DNA of 64,000 nucleotides from an uncultured bacterium (lineage in GTDB: Bacteria > Acidobacteriota > Thermoanaerobaculia > Multivoradales > JAHZIX01): NCBI GenBank assembly GCA_965368975.1, contig CBDUPA010000002.1:448001-512000 (forward strand). The letters run 5' to 3'. The translations under genes and the position numbers were made by a program. Shown piece after piece: positions 54,037-63,999 of the stretch (position 1 is its first letter; each line of letters opens with the position of its first letter). The notes under the pieces were generated by a model. That model did no database searches. It was given only the letters and a program-made list of their open reading frames with translations, and had not been told where the DNA came from.

Positions 54037-55356
54037 TCAGCCACTTCCCGGTGCAAGGACCTCAATCTCCAAATCGAAGGGCTGCGACCCCTGGTCGCTG
54101 AACCAGGTCACGTTCTCAGCCACCATGTCGAGTCTCACCCAGTAGGTCCCAGGCTCCGCCGGGACGGTCAAGTCGAGCTCGAGTTCGGCTTGCTGTCCCG
54201 GTTCCAGGTCCGTGGACAGGGCAGCACGACCCCATTCCCTCCAGACGCCTTGGGGCTCGCCGTCGACCTTCGGCCGTAGGCGCGCGCCGAGCAGAGTCTC
54301 GCCAGGGAACCGGCCGTCGCCGTGGAGCCACAGGGAGTCGCCGCTGTTGCGCACCTGGCACCGCCAGCTGAGCCGCGAGGCCGCGGCGGCGCTCGTCTCG
54401 GACGCCGTGTCGTGCAACAGCCGGATCTCGGCGGCGTGACGGCCCGGTTGACGGGTGGTGAGCTGGGTTTCGCCTTTGTAGAGCAGAATGAACTGGTTGG
54501 CCAACAGCTGGTCCTTCTGGTGGCGCCAGAAGTGCGAGAAGTGCTTGCCGCGCAGGAAGGCAGCTTGCTCGCTGGCTGGGATCTCCGGTGCCCTCAAGGC
54601 GACGGGCACGAAGGTGACGCGACTGAAGCCGGCGTCGAGGGCGGCGACTTCGAGATCTTCGAGGACCACGTCGTTTTCCAGCACAGCCGTCTCCTCCACT
54701 TCGCGCTGGCTGGTAGGCGCCGAGGAATGCTCGCGCCCCGGCTCGGACATCGCGACGATGCCGCCGGGACGCAGCACGCGCTGCATCTCACGCAACACAT
54801 CTCCGGGATTCGGGATGTGGTGGTAGGCGTCATGGATGACGATGCGATCGACAGAAGCAGCGTCGAGAGGTAGGCGGTAGCCATCGTAGGGCAAGAAGAG
54901 GGGGTCGAGATCCCAGCGCGTGCGGGCGTCGCGCTCGAACAGCTCACGGCCCAGTCGTAGAGCGGTGGCCGAGACGTCGACCGACACGGTCCGGCAGCCG
55001 TGGAGATTCAGGAAGTGGGAGATCCAGCAGCTGCCCGCCCCCAACTCGAGCACTCGGTCCCCCGGCCCAACCCGCAGGTAGTGCAACAGCACGCCCAGGT
55101 TGAAGAGGTAGCGCGGAAAGGCGAAGGGATCGCTGTACGGCTTGCCGAGCAGGTAGGCTCGATACGGCGCCTGCGCGAAGTACGCCTCGGCGGCGGCGTT
55201 GAGTTCGTCGGTGCGCTGCTCGATCTCGGACGCCCTATCGACACCAGCCGCCGCCGGCATTCGGATCTGCGGCCGTAGCAGTACCTGGACGGCGGCGTCG
55301 GTGAGTCGGCCGGTCAGCCGGCGGACGAAGCGGTGGAGCCAGGATCGCGATGCCAT
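54037..55356 (-). CDS. Class I SAM-dependent methyltransferase with C-terminal Ig-like domain
   Basis: VLELGAGSCW, AYHHIPNP...VLRPGG; C-terminal VRNSG..W...LEPGQ...PGTYWVRLDMV. The ATG at 55353 is an alternative start. Confidence 0.8.
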   Translation of the reverse strand: MASRSWLHRFVRRLTGRLTDAAVQVLLRPQIRMPAAAGVDRASEIEQRTDELNAAAEAYFAQAPYRAYLLGKPYSDPFAFPRYLFNLGVLLHYLRVGPGDRVLELGAGSCWISHFLNLHGCRTVSVDVSATALRLGRELFERDARTRWDLDPLFLPYDGYRLPLDAASVDRIVIHDAYHHIPNPGDVLREMQRVLRPGGIVAMSEPGREHSSAPTSQREVEETAVLENDVVLEDLEVAALDAGFSRVTFVPVALRAPEIPASEQAAFLRGKHFSHFWRHQKDQLLANQFILLYKGETQLTTRQPGRHAAEIRLLHDTASETSAAAASRLSWRCQVRNSGDSLWLHGDGRFPGETLLGARLRPKVDGEPQGVWREWGRAALSTDLEPGQQAELELDLTVPAEPGTYWVRLDMVAENVTWFSDQGSQPFDLEIEVLAPGSG

Positions 55357-55510
55357 TTCATGATTGTCTCATCCAGGCGCGCGGCGGTGCTACTGGTCTG
55401 TGGAGCAGTTTCGGCCATGCAGGAATCATGACGTGCCTTGATTCCTGGCATGGGGCGGAGGACAATCGCGAGAGGAAGAGGCCCCTCAGGTCTCTCTGGA
55501 GGAGGAAATC

Positions 55511-58500
55511 ATGTCGACGTCGGATCCGTCGCGTCCGAATGGCGCGCAGACGCCGCAGCCTACGCTCAGCGGGACGCAGCAGCTCTTGGCCGCACAGCTG
55601 ACGGCCTTCAACCAGCTGGTGCAGAATCAACTGGCGGCGCTGCGTGGCGCTGGCGTGCGCAACCAGGCACCAGCAACGCAGGGCACGGCCGCGACGCAGG
55701 GGGCAGCCGCGACGCAGGGAGCACCGCCACCAGCTCCCACCGAGCCATCAACGACGACGCAAGCAGAGGCAACCCCAGCCGGAGACAAGAAGCTCGCCTT
55801 CTTCACCCGCCGCGACGGCAAACCCGGCCTGAAAGGTGCGACGGTGGGCGACGAGTCGCTGCGGCACGAGGTGCCGGACATCGTGCTCGAAGCGCGAGAG
55901 GAAGTGAAGTTCAGCTTCTACTTCTTCGGCAACTACCCGGCCGGCTTCCGCGACGACAAATACGACCTCCTTTTCCGGGCGGCGCGCTTCGCCGACACGC
56001 ACGGCTTCGAAGGGCTGTGGTTCCCGGAGCGGCACTTCCATCCGTTCGGCGGCCTGTCACCCAACGCGTCGGTACTGGCGGCAGCGCTGGCGCGGGAGAC
56101 GGAACGGGTGCGCCTGTGCTCCGGCAGCGTGGTGCTGCCCCTACACCATCCGGTGCGGGTAGCGGAGGAATGGTCCCTGGTGGACAACCTGTCCAAAGGG
56201 CGCGTGGGACTGTCCGTCGCGTCCGGCTGGCATCCCAACGACTTTGTGCTGGCACCGGAGAATTTCGGCAAGCACAAAGACCTGACGTTCGATCGTATCG
56301 ACATCATTCGGCGCCTGTGGCGCGGCGAGCCGGTGACGTTCCCGGACGGCGCCGGCAACGACTTTCCGGTGCAGCTCTTCCCGCGACCGCTGCAGCAAGA
56401 GCCGACCATCTGGATGACGGTGGTCAACAACCCGGAAACCTACCGCCGCGCGGGCGAGGTCGGCGCCGGGGTCTTGACCAACCTGATGTCGCAGACGCCG
56501 GAGGCGCTGGCGGACAACCTCAAGATTCACCGGCAGGCGCTGCTCGACCACGGGCACGACCCGGAGAAGGCCCCGGTGACGGTGCTGCTGCACACGTTCC
56601 TCGGCAGCGACCAGCAAGCCGTGATGGAGCATGCGCGCAAGCCGTTTCACGCCTACCTGGAATCGTCCGTGGGACTGTTCAAGAACATGGCGGCGGCACA
56701 CGGGGTGTCGGTCGATTTCGACCGCCTGAGCGAAGAAGACAACGAGTACTTGATGGACCTGGCCTACCAGCGCTACGCGGCGACCAGCGCGCTGGTCGGC
56801 ACGCCCGACACGTGCATGCCGATCGTCGAACGATTGCGCCAGATGGGGGTACACGAGATTGCCTGCCTGGTGGACTTCGGTGTCGACGCACCGTCCGTGC
56901 AAGAGAGCCTGCCCTTCGTCGACGAGCTACGACAGCGCTTCGAGGCCGAGGCAGTGCAACAGCGCGGACCGATGGACCTCCCCGCGCCGGCGGCACCGCC
57001 CTCGGCGATGTCTGCGACGACGCCCCAGCCGGGGCGCATCATGGACGCACGGGGAGCCCAGATAGAGGCAGACAGCTTCCCGCTCACCGGTTCGCAGCAG
57101 CAGCTCTACACCCTCGCCGCCTTCAGCCCGGCCGCCAGCGCCGCCTACAACGAGCACATGGTGCTGGAACTGAACGGTCCCCTGCAGCTGCCGGCGCTGG
57201 AAGCGGCGCTGGCACAGGTGGTGCTTCGGCACGAGGCGCTACGCACGGTGCTGGTGCCAACAGCGGGTGACGACAACGACCATCAGCGCGTGCTGCAGTC
57301 CGTGGATCTACGCCTCTCCCTGGTCGATGCAACGGGCCTGGGTGCCGCTGGCATCGAGATCGTATCCGAAGCGTGGCGCGCCGAGATCGGCGGTCGAGCG
57401 TTGGACCTGGAGCACGGGCCACTAGCCCGCATCGGCCTGCTGCGACTGGGCGGCGGACGTCACCTGCTGGCGCTGATCGTCCATCACACGATGGCCGATG
57501 GTCTATCGCTGGTGGTCGTGGGACGTGAGCTGCTGGCCCTCTACGATGCCTTCGCTAGCGGCACCGAGCCACCGGTGCTGCCAGCACCGATGTCCATCCG
57601 CGACTATGCCGCCTGGATCGACGCGGCGCTGGCGCAGCGCGACATCGAAGCCTGCGACGCCTGGTGGCGCCAACACATGGCGGCTCCGCTGCCGACCTTC
57701 GACCCACCGACGGACCGGCCACGACCGCCGGTGCGCAGCTTCGAAGGAGATCGCCGCTGGCTGCGTCTCGACGGCGACTTCCTACAAGCCGTGCGCGACT
57801 TGGGCGCCAAGCATGGCTGCACCCTGACCGTGACGCTGCTCGCCGCTTACGCCGAGGTGCTGCGGCGCTGGTGTGGCCAGGACGACGTCATCGTCGGCAT
57901 TGCCGCCGCGCATCGACCCGGCGGAGCCCAAGGTGAAGCGCTGGTGGGGCACACCACGGACGTCCTGCCGCTGCGCTGGAACCGCGCCGGTGAAGCCGGC
58001 GACCTCGACTTCGCCAACCACCTGAAAGCCACCCGTCACCTGCTCTTCGACGCCCAGGAGCACGACTGCGGCTTTCCGCACCTGCTGCGCCTGCTCGACG
58101 TCAAGCCCGAGCCGGGCCGCGGTTCGCTGGTGAGCACCATCTTCAACATCGACCCCGAGCTGCCGCTGCCTCCGTCCGGCGGCCTGCAGACGCGCGTTGG
58201 CGAACCGGTGTTCCGCAAAATCAAGTTCGACCTGGCGCTACATGTCGTCCCTGGACTTGCTGTCCCCAGTCTGGCCGCCCCCGGAGTTGCCGGCCCCGGA
58301 GCTGGAGAGGCAGGGTCGACCACCGGCAACCTGGCCTTCGGTCTCGACTACGTCACCGACCTGTTCGACGCCACCACCATGCAGCGCCTGCTCGGCCACC
58401 TGCACACTCTGCTCGACGCCGCCGTCGCCGACCCGGCACGACCGCTGACGTCGCTGCCCCTGTGCTCGACGGCGCAGCGGCAGCAAGCGCTCTACGAGTG

Positions 58501-60358
58501 GGGCGGCTACCGTCCTTTCGAGGTGGCTTTCGACCCCGAAGATCCAGAGCTGGGCGGCAACATTGCGCACCAGTTCCGACAGCAAGCGGCCCGCACCCCG
58601 GATGCCGTCGCGGTGGTGGCGGGACATTGCCACCTCAGCTACCGGGAGCTCGACCGCCGCGCCCACAGCCTGGCCGCACAGTTGGTACAGCTGGGCATCC
58701 GCCCGGAGACGCCCGTGGCTCTGTGCACCGAGCGCAGCCTGGAGCGCATCGTCGCCCTGGTCGGCATCCTCGCCGTCGGCGGCGTCTACCTGCCGCTCGA
58801 CCCCGCCGACCCCGCGCGACGCCTCGGCTACCTACTCGACGACACCGGCGTCCAGCTGGTCCTCGGCACCGGCGAGCAGCTCGACCGCCTGCCGCTGGAC
58901 GAATTGGACGAACGCGACATCGAGATGCTGGAGCTGGAGGAGCTGGACGTGCACAACGAGGTGGAGAGCGCACCGCTTCCCGCCTGCCACCCCGACCAGC
59001 TCGCCTATATCGTCTACACCTCCGGCTCGACCGGCCAGCCCAAAGGCGTCCGCGTGCCGCACCGCGCCGTCCTACGCCTGGTACAGCGCACCGACTTCGC
59101 ACGCATGGACGCGGACGAAACCTGGCTGCACGCCGCGCCACTCGCCTTCGACGCCTCGAAGCTCGAAATCTGGGGCGCCCTGCTGCACGGCAGCCGCCTG
59201 GTGCTGCTGCCGCCCGGCAAGCAAGACCTGGCGTCGATCGCGCGCGTGATCGAACGCGGTGGCATCTCCTCCGCCTGGTTGACGGCAGCGCTGTTCCAGC
59301 AGATGGTGGAACAGCAACTGCCAAGACTGGGGGGTCTGCGTCAATTGCTGGCGGGCGGCGATGTCCTCGCTCCGGACGCTGTGCGCCGGCTGCTCGAAGT
59401 CCACGACAGCCTGCGATTGATCGACGGCTACGGCCCCACTGAAAACACCACCTTCACCACCTGCGGCCCGGTCGATCGCCCCGAAGACGTCGGCACCACG
59501 GTGAGCATCGGCCGCCCGATCGCGGGGACCCGGATCTTGGTGCTGGACGAGAACAGCCAGCCCGTGCCGCCGGGTGTGCCCGGGGAGTTGCTGGCGGCGG
59601 GAAGCGGCCTGGCACGCGACTACCTAGCGCAACCGGCCCTGACCGCCGAGCGCTTCGTGCCGAATCCATTTCCAGGCGCCCCGGGAGAACGCGTCTACCG
59701 CACCGGCGACCGTGCCCGCTTCTTCGCCGACGGCCGCCTCGACTTCCTAGGCCGCATCGACCAGCAGGTCAAAGTGCGCGGCTTCCGCGTCGAACCGGGC
59801 GAGATCGAAGCGGTACTCGGCGAGCATCCGGAAGTGTCGCAGGCAGCGGTGGTGCTGCGTCGGGATGAGGAGGACCAGAGCCTCGTCGCCTTTGTGTCGC
59901 CACGTGAGTTGCTAGCCGGGGATGGGGAAGTGTCGCCAGAACTGGCGCAAAGCCTGACGGCGACAATCCGGACCTACCTGGAACATCGCCTGCCGCCATA
60001 CATGGTCCCGTCCGTCTTCGAAGTGCTGCCGCGCCTGCCGGTGAACGCCAACGGCAAACTGGACCGGAAGGCACTAGCGAGCCTGGCTGAAGGAGCGCAG
60101 ACGGCATCGGCCGCGGTGAAGATTGCGCCGCGGACACCGCTGGAGACGCGACTGACAGAGATGTGGTGCGAGGTGCTGAAGCGGGACGAGGTCGGGGTGA
60201 CGGAGAACTTCTTTGACCTCGGCGGACATTCTTTGCTGGCGACGCGGTTGTTGTACCGCGTGCACCAGGCGTATGGCGTCGAGTTGCCGATGCTGGAGCT
60301 GTTCCAACATCCGACGATCGAGGAGTTGGCGGCGCGGGTGGAGGGTGTGCGGGGGTAG
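55511..60358 (+). CDS. NRPS: LLM (MupA/luciferase-like) monooxygenase-C-A(Val predicted)-PCP
   Basis: Strong GGAGGAGG RBS; LLM WFPERHFHPFGG, SGWHPNDF; C HHTMADG; A YTSGSTGQPKG, YRTGD, NGKLDR; PCP GGHS. Confidence 0.93.
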   Translation: MSTSDPSRPNGAQTPQPTLSGTQQLLAAQLTAFNQLVQNQLAALRGAGVRNQAPATQGTAATQGAAATQGAPPPAPTEPSTTTQAEATPAGDKKLAFFTRRDGKPGLKGATVGDESLRHEVPDIVLEAREEVKFSFYFFGNYPAGFRDDKYDLLFRAARFADTHGFEGLWFPERHFHPFGGLSPNASVLAAALARETERVRLCSGSVVLPLHHPVRVAEEWSLVDNLSKGRVGLSVASGWHPNDFVLAPENFGKHKDLTFDRIDIIRRLWRGEPVTFPDGAGNDFPVQLFPRPLQQEPTIWMTVVNNPETYRRAGEVGAGVLTNLMSQTPEALADNLKIHRQALLDHGHDPEKAPVTVLLHTFLGSDQQAVMEHARKPFHAYLESSVGLFKNMAAAHGVSVDFDRLSEEDNEYLMDLAYQRYAATSALVGTPDTCMPIVERLRQMGVHEIACLVDFGVDAPSVQESLPFVDELRQRFEAEAVQQRGPMDLPAPAAPPSAMSATTPQPGRIMDARGAQIEADSFPLTGSQQQLYTLAAFSPAASAAYNEHMVLELNGPLQLPALEAALAQVVLRHEALRTVLVPTAGDDNDHQRVLQSVDLRLSLVDATGLGAAGIEIVSEAWRAEIGGRALDLEHGPLARIGLLRLGGGRHLLALIVHHTMADGLSLVVVGRELLALYDAFASGTEPPVLPAPMSIRDYAAWIDAALAQRDIEACDAWWRQHMAAPLPTFDPPTDRPRPPVRSFEGDRRWLRLDGDFLQAVRDLGAKHGCTLTVTLLAAYAEVLRRWCGQDDVIVGIAAAHRPGGAQGEALVGHTTDVLPLRWNRAGEAGDLDFANHLKATRHLLFDAQEHDCGFPHLLRLLDVKPEPGRGSLVSTIFNIDPELPLPPSGGLQTRVGEPVFRKIKFDLALHVVPGLAVPSLAAPGVAGPGAGEAGSTTGNLAFGLDYVTDLFDATTMQRLLGHLHTLLDAAVADPARPLTSLPLCSTAQRQQALYEWGGYRPFEVAFDPEDPELGGNIAHQFRQQAARTPDAVAVVAGHCHLSYRELDRRAHSLAAQLVQLGIRPETPVALCTERSLERIVALVGILAVGGVYLPLDPADPARRLGYLLDDTGVQLVLGTGEQLDRLPLDELDERDIEMLELEELDVHNEVESAPLPACHPDQLAYIVYTSGSTGQPKGVRVPHRAVLRLVQRTDFARMDADETWLHAAPLAFDASKLEIWGALLHGSRLVLLPPGKQDLASIARVIERGGISSAWLTAALFQQMVEQQLPRLGGLRQLLAGGDVLAPDAVRRLLEVHDSLRLIDGYGPTENTTFTTCGPVDRPEDVGTTVSIGRPIAGTRILVLDENSQPVPPGVPGELLAAGSGLARDYLAQPALTAERFVPNPFPGAPGERVYRTGDRARFFADGRLDFLGRIDQQVKVRGFRVEPGEIEAVLGEHPEVSQAAVVLRRDEEDQSLVAFVSPRELLAGDGEVSPELAQSLTATIRTYLEHRLPPYMVPSVFEVLPRLPVNANGKLDRKALASLAEGAQTASAAVKIAPRTPLETRLTEMWCEVLKRDEVGVTENFFDLGGHSLLATRLLYRVHQAYGVELPMLELFQHPTIEELAARVEGVRG

Positions 60359-60362
60359 TGAG

Positions 60363-62918
60363 TCATTCCTCTGGGCTCCACTTTTCAAGCACAGCCAAAC
60401 GGACCTCGTGTCGTTCTGGAAGCTTGGCCACACAGCGAAGGAGCTCCTCAACAAAAGTAGTGAGCCGAGTCGTGTCGCCAAGAGCTTCCAGCGTTAGGGA
60501 AAGATTGTGTATCAAACGCAGGGAGTCTGGGTGCTCTCGACCAAGAACACGGCGGCTGATCTTGAGTGTCGCCAACTGATGATCACGTGCACCTACATAG
60601 TCACCAAGACAGCGAAGCGTTTCAGCAAGGTTGTTGCGCGAACTAAGGGTGGCCGGATGCTCTTCGCCCAAGACTCGACGACGGACCTCTAGAACAGCTG
60701 AATGCTCATCTCGAGCCTTTCCATACTCCTCTAGTGACCGAAGTGTTTCGGCAAGGTTGTTGCGCGAATGTAAAGTGCTCGGGTGCTCGTCACCAAGGGT
60801 ACGGCGACTAATTGCTAACGTTGCCGAGTGTTCACATCGAGCACCGGCGTAGTTGCCAAGAGAGCGAAGGGTCTCGGCAAGATTATTTCGCGAACGAAGC
60901 GTGTCTTGGTTCTCTTCGCCCAGGACACGACGACGCACTTCTAAAACTGCTGCATGCTCATCTTGAGCGGCCGCATAGTCACCAAGAGAACGAAGAGTCT
61001 CTGCAAGATTGCTGCGAGAATGGAGCGTGGACGGGTGTTCTTCACCCAAGAGACGGCCATAGACCTCAAGTGTTGCTGAGAGTTCATCTCGAGCACCGGT
61101 GTAGTCACCAAGCGCACGAAGAGTCGCGGCAAGATTGTTGCGCGAACGTAGTGTAGCTTGGTGCTCTTCACCTAAAACACTGCGGCAGACTTCTAGAGCC
61201 CTTACTTCGAGCTGCCTTGCCACTTTGTAGTGCCCTATCGCAAAAACATAGAAACCCGTTTTCCGCAGAATTCGAGCCGGATTCACTTTGAAGACATCAA
61301 GGTCAACCTTCCTCCAGTGTTTGTCTGTTGCCTGGACCTGCGGTAACAACCGCTGGAACTGTGGCCAGCTGATCGGCTCATCAGGTCTTCCCGCTGGCAT
61401 AGCGGCATCGAGTGCCCTGTGAGCACACTCCAGTGCCCCGTTCCATTCTCCAGCAGTTTCTAACTGCGCCAGCATCACCTCCTGCACTAGTCGGTGTAGC
61501 GAGAGCGTACGAGCTATTCGGTCCCAAGTCACCAAGGAATAGCGCTGTAACGGTGCCAACACCAACTCAGCAAAGGTCAATGGACACTGCAAATCTTCCT
61601 TGACTTCAGCAGCAGCAGGTCCGAGGTACTCGCCGCCTTGGCTGAAGATCTCTGCAGGGATGTCGAATGGCGCATAGAAAGCACAAGCCCTTAACACTTC
61701 GGCTGCAACCGGGGCAGTCTTCTCCAGCGGCTTGAAGCTGAGGTTCCATGTAGTCGCCACCGTCGCCGGATAGTCTCCAAACTGCGGCGCCTCCTTGTCC
61801 AGCAGCTTCAGACGTCGCTTCCGATACGCAGCGAGGTAGTCAGCAAAGCTGACTTCGTGAATATCGACATAGGCACCTGCTTGCTCCAAAGCCAACGGTA
61901 AGTAACCGAGTTCCTCCGCCAACTCCTCGGCAGCTGACCGAGCACCCGCATCCCTCCTAGCTCGCCGAAGAAGCAGATCCGTCGCCTGCTCCGACGGCAG
62001 TACACCCACTCCAAGCGGCTCCTGCCCAAAACCCTGGATCTTCCGATCACGCGACGTCACCAGCAGATGCCCCGAACTAGCAGCCGGCCTGAGAGGTCGA
62101 ATCTCATCGGGCGCATCAACGTTGTCGAGCACCAACAGCCAGTCGCCTCGTTCCGACAACCAATGTTGAAACATCTCTGCAGCTTCGTCGACTGGTGTCT
62201 CTCGGGTGGTGATTTTGAGTCGCTGCGCCATCTGCGCATAGCTGGCTCGCAGCGCGTCAGCAGAAGAAGCATCCGCCCAGAAGACATACGGATAGTCAGC
62301 GCGATGGCGATAGCAAAACTCGACCGCCGTCTGAGTCTTACCGATGCCACCGAGCCCTGTGATCGCCTGCGTCGAGGCCACACGCTTGGCCGCGGCAAGT
62401 CGCCGTTCCAGCTCCTCCAGTAACTCCTCCCGCCCCGTGAAGAACGGATTGCGAGGCGGCACGTTCCAGAAAGTTCGCGGCTCCTCGTCTGGTCCGAAGA
62501 AGCGGGCTTTGACCAGCGGATACTCACGAACTCTCTTGTCAAACGACGTGAGCCCCCAAACTTTCAGCTCGAACTCGCCCTGAATCACCTCGACCAGATG
62601 TTCTTCCGTCTCACGACTGACCGGACAGGTCGCCGCCAGCAAGTAGACATCCGGCGAGGGTGTCGGCGGCTTCCTGAGCACCTTCCTCACTTCGTCGGCA
62701 GCCTGCGCCTTGCCGAAGCGTTGCACACGCTTCGCCTGCGTCACCCATCGCCGCCCATCCGGCGCAGTGCTGACGACATCGCAGCCATCCTCACTACCTG
62801 CATCGCCCCAGTGGCGCACCTCCCTATGCCCCATGGCTTCAAGCAACCAGTGACACAGCTCCTCGAACTGCCTCGGAGACAGCTCGAAGTAGTTGAGATG
62901 GTGCTCGGTGTAGGCCAT
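60363..62918 (-). CDS. Mrr-like restriction endonuclease domain + NB-ARC (STAND) ATPase + TPR array
   Basis: FEELC...DGCDVV...QAKR; FTGREELL, GLGGIGKT, LLVLDN, VTSR, GYLPLAL; six 42-aa LGEEHP.TL.SRNNLA repeats. Confidence 0.85.
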   Translation of the reverse strand: MAYTEHHLNYFELSPRQFEELCHWLLEAMGHREVRHWGDAGSEDGCDVVSTAPDGRRWVTQAKRVQRFGKAQAADEVRKVLRKPPTPSPDVYLLAATCPVSRETEEHLVEVIQGEFELKVWGLTSFDKRVREYPLVKARFFGPDEEPRTFWNVPPRNPFFTGREELLEELERRLAAAKRVASTQAITGLGGIGKTQTAVEFCYRHRADYPYVFWADASSADALRASYAQMAQRLKITTRETPVDEAAEMFQHWLSERGDWLLVLDNVDAPDEIRPLRPAASSGHLLVTSRDRKIQGFGQEPLGVGVLPSEQATDLLLRRARRDAGARSAAEELAEELGYLPLALEQAGAYVDIHEVSFADYLAAYRKRRLKLLDKEAPQFGDYPATVATTWNLSFKPLEKTAPVAAEVLRACAFYAPFDIPAEIFSQGGEYLGPAAAEVKEDLQCPLTFAELVLAPLQRYSLVTWDRIARTLSLHRLVQEVMLAQLETAGEWNGALECAHRALDAAMPAGRPDEPISWPQFQRLLPQVQATDKHWRKVDLDVFKVNPARILRKTGFYVFAIGHYKVARQLEVRALEVCRSVLGEEHQATLRSRNNLAATLRALGDYTGARDELSATLEVYGRLLGEEHPSTLHSRSNLAETLRSLGDYAAAQDEHAAVLEVRRRVLGEENQDTLRSRNNLAETLRSLGNYAGARCEHSATLAISRRTLGDEHPSTLHSRNNLAETLRSLEEYGKARDEHSAVLEVRRRVLGEEHPATLSSRNNLAETLRCLGDYVGARDHQLATLKISRRVLGREHPDSLRLIHNLSLTLEALGDTTRLTTFVEELLRCVAKLPERHEVRLAVLEKWSPEE
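60470..61175 (-). repeat. Six diverged 126-bp repeats encoding kinesin-light-chain-type TPRs
   Basis: 42-aa periodicity in the translation; boundaries approximate. Confidence 0.8.
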
Positions 62919-62961
62919 CAAGACTCGCTGTGCTCGAAAGTCTCGGGCAGGCCTTAGAAAG

Positions 62962-63999
62962 CTAAGCAGCCTGCCGCGACGTCAAGATCTCCTCGAAGAA
63001 CCGCTCCACGCCCGCCAAGAACACCTCCGGCGTATCCATCACCTGCAACTGACGCCGCAGCTTCAACCCATCCGGAAGCCCGAAGCTGTACCAGCGCGCA
63101 AAACTCCGCAGCTTGTGCATGGCATCGGTTCGCTCGCGCGTCTCGGCAACGGTGCGGAAGTGATCCAAGATCAACTCCCTGCGATCTTCCAGCGTCGGCT
63201 CGCGTAACTGCTTGCCCTCCAGCCGCGCGGCGATCTGACGGAACAGCCACGGATTCTTGGTCGCACCGCGCCCAACCATGACGCCATCACAGCCGGTCTT
63301 CCTGAACATCTCGATGGCATCTTCCGGCTCTTCGACGTCACCATTGCCGATCACCGGAATCGACAGCGCTTCCTTCAAGCGCGCGATGTGGGTCCAGTCA
63401 GCCTCGCCTTTGTACATCTGCTTGGCGGTGCGGGCGTGCATGGCGACGGCGTCGACGCCTTCAGCGTCGCAGATGCGGCCCAGTTCCAGGTAGTTCCGGC
63501 GGTTCACGTCCAGACCGAGACGGAACTTGACCGTCAACGGGACGCTCACCTGCCGCCGGACATTGACGATGATCGCCTCGGCTAGCTTCAGATCTCCCAT
63601 CAACGCGGCCCCGGCGCAGCCTTTGAGCACCTTGTTGGCGGGACAACCCATGTTGATGTCGCACAGGTCGGGGCGCAGGTCCTCGACGATGCGGGCGGCG
63701 TCGGCCATGGTGTCGGCGTCGGAGCCGTAGATCTGGATGGCCAGGGGGCGTTCTTCCTCCTGGAACTGCATCAGGCGGCGCGTGAACTTGCGGCCGCTGG
63801 TGATATCGCGAGAGGAGAGGAATTCCATCGACACCACACCGACACCGCCGATGCGGCGCACGATGAGGCGAAAGTCGCAATCGGTGATGCCGGCCATGGG
63901 GGCCAGCCACAGGGGTGGATCGACGGTGACGCGGTGTTCTCCCGTGCCCAGGTGTACGGGGTCGGCGGCGACAGGAGCAGCGGTGTGTTGGCGCGGAGT
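62962..63999 (-). CDS. dusB: tRNA-dihydrouridine synthase B, 5'-truncated by window edge
   Basis: LAPMAGITD, DINMGCP, HART, GNGDV, DGVMVGRG; frame open to the window end. Confidence 0.92.
   Translation of the reverse strand, partial: TPRQHTAAPVAADPVHLGTGEHRVTVDPPLWLAPMAGITDCDFRLIVRRIGGVGVVSMEFLSSRDITSGRKFTRRLMQFQEEERPLAIQIYGSDADTMADAARIVEDLRPDLCDINMGCPANKVLKGCAGAALMGDLKLAEAIIVNVRRQVSVPLTVKFRLGLDVNRRNYLELGRICDAEGVDAVAMHARTAKQMYKGEADWTHIARLKEALSIPVIGNGDVEEPEDAIEMFRKTGCDGVMVGRGATKNPWLFRQIAARLEGKQLREPTLEDRRELILDHFRTVAETRERTDAMHKLRSFARWYSFGLPDGLKLRRQLQVMDTPEVFLAGVERFFEEILTSRQAA

Noticed and set aside
62940-63999. dus-targeted integrative element
   Set aside because: No integrase and no att-like duplication visible in the window.
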